This document shows, one piece after another, positions 63,751 through 64,000 of a stretch of 64,000 nucleotides of DNA. Position 1 is the first letter of the stretch. Each line of letters begins with the position of its first letter. A model generated the notes under the pieces. That model was not told where the DNA came from, ran no database searches, and worked only from the letters and a program-made list of their open reading frames with translations. Position numbers and translations under genes: made by a program. Location: positions 20,373-84,372 of IMG/VR virus record IMGVR_UViG_3300031957_002393; one strand, given 5' to 3'. The DNA is from a virus. Taxonomy: Duplodnaviria; Heunggongvirae; Uroviricota; Caudoviricetes.

Positions 63751-63778
63751 GGGGGCCCATGTTAACGCATGGGCCCCC
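63751..63778 (+). terminator. terminator-like hairpin
   Basis: GGGGGCCCATG-TTAACG-CATGGGCCCCC 11-bp stem 18 nt after stop 63733. Confidence 0.55.
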
Positions 63779-63798
63779 ACTTGGTTGAGGGAGCATAA

Positions 63799-64000
63799 AT
63801 GCCAAAGTTTTTCAATTACGCGGGTTCCAAGAAGGATGCTGCCAGGATCATCGCGCTCTACATGCGCAATGCGCTAAGTGAAGGCAAGCCTGTATTTTTC
63901 CCTTTCATCGGCAGCGGCGGCCTCTTCTGGCACCTGATGTACAAGGGGTCATTGGCGAACAACGTTGTCTACGTCAACGATGCCAACCCTTACCTCATCG
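63799..64000 (+). CDS. DNA N6-adenine methyltransferase (Dam/D12-class), 5' partial
   Basis: SD GGGAGCA; NYAGSKKDAARII (cf. Dam WAGGK) and FFPFIGSGGLFW (cf. motif I EPFxGGGAV); continues past window end. Confidence 0.6.
   Translation, partial: MPKFFNYAGSKKDAARIIALYMRNALSEGKPVFFPFIGSGGLFWHLMYKGSLANNVVYVNDANPYLI

Noticed and set aside
1-64000. Searched for reverse transcriptase (DGR/retron), integrase/attachment sites and toxin-antitoxin or CBASS-like defence cassettes
   Set aside because: No ORF with YxDD/RT-like motifs, tyrosine/serine recombinase motifs or recognisable defence-system signatures was seen by eye. Absence is not proven without profile searches.

Overview
High-GC (~55-60%), gene-dense window that reads as a segment of a large tailed dsDNA phage (or prophage). 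All calls are from reading the sequence by eye; no tools were run.

Layout, left to right:
- (1) 1-10.8 kb, virion morphogenesis module in a divergent arrangement. A minus-strand operon (putative major capsid, Gly-rich protein, two large structural proteins, a tail-like gene running off the window start) faces a plus-strand operon (terminase large subunit, portal, Zn-ribbon protein, acidic protein, coiled-coil scaffold-like protein).
- (2) 10.8-13.3 kb, a leftward operon: RHH regulator, two small ORFs, MazG-like, 361-aa protein.
- (3) 13.5-38.3 kb, a long early/accessory region of ~60 mostly small Shine-Dalgarno-led ORFs of unknown function. It includes a P-loop kinase, a TerS-like HTH protein on the opposite strand, a 10x hexapeptide-repeat protein, a lipoprotein and a J-domain protein. 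Intergenic regions are packed with hairpins and several families of short repeats. GATC/CGATCG is strongly enriched at 16-26 kb.
- (4) 38.3-43 kb, a tRNA island with 7 tRNA genes. One is a tRNA-Leu(UAA) split at U34/A35 by a ~690-nt intron that encodes an HNH homing endonuclease. A PTH2-type peptidyl-tRNA hydrolase lies between the tRNAs.
- (5) 41-53 kb, membrane and chaperone-like genes: duplicated small TM proteins, an SPFH/prohibitin lipoprotein, a DnaJ-type CxxCxGxG zinc-finger protein, a ThyX-like gene and ArsR-like regulators.
- (6) 53-64 kb, replication/recombination module: metallophosphoesterase, P-loop primase/helicase-like protein on the minus strand, SF2 helicase, Cas4/RecB-like nuclease, RecA/DnaB-like ATPase, SSB-like protein and the 5' end of a Dam-like N6-adenine methyltransferase.

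Most striking non-genic signals:
- an exact 12-bp palindrome-like site TTGACACGTCAA present at least 9 times;
- a ~17-bp GC-rich repeat CGCCCCCGAGTCGACTG with more than 20 copies, concentrated at 30.1-32.4 kb around the TerS-like gene;
- a 20-bp direct repeat upstream of consecutive minus-strand genes;
- an AT-rich island at 15.65-15.78 kb.
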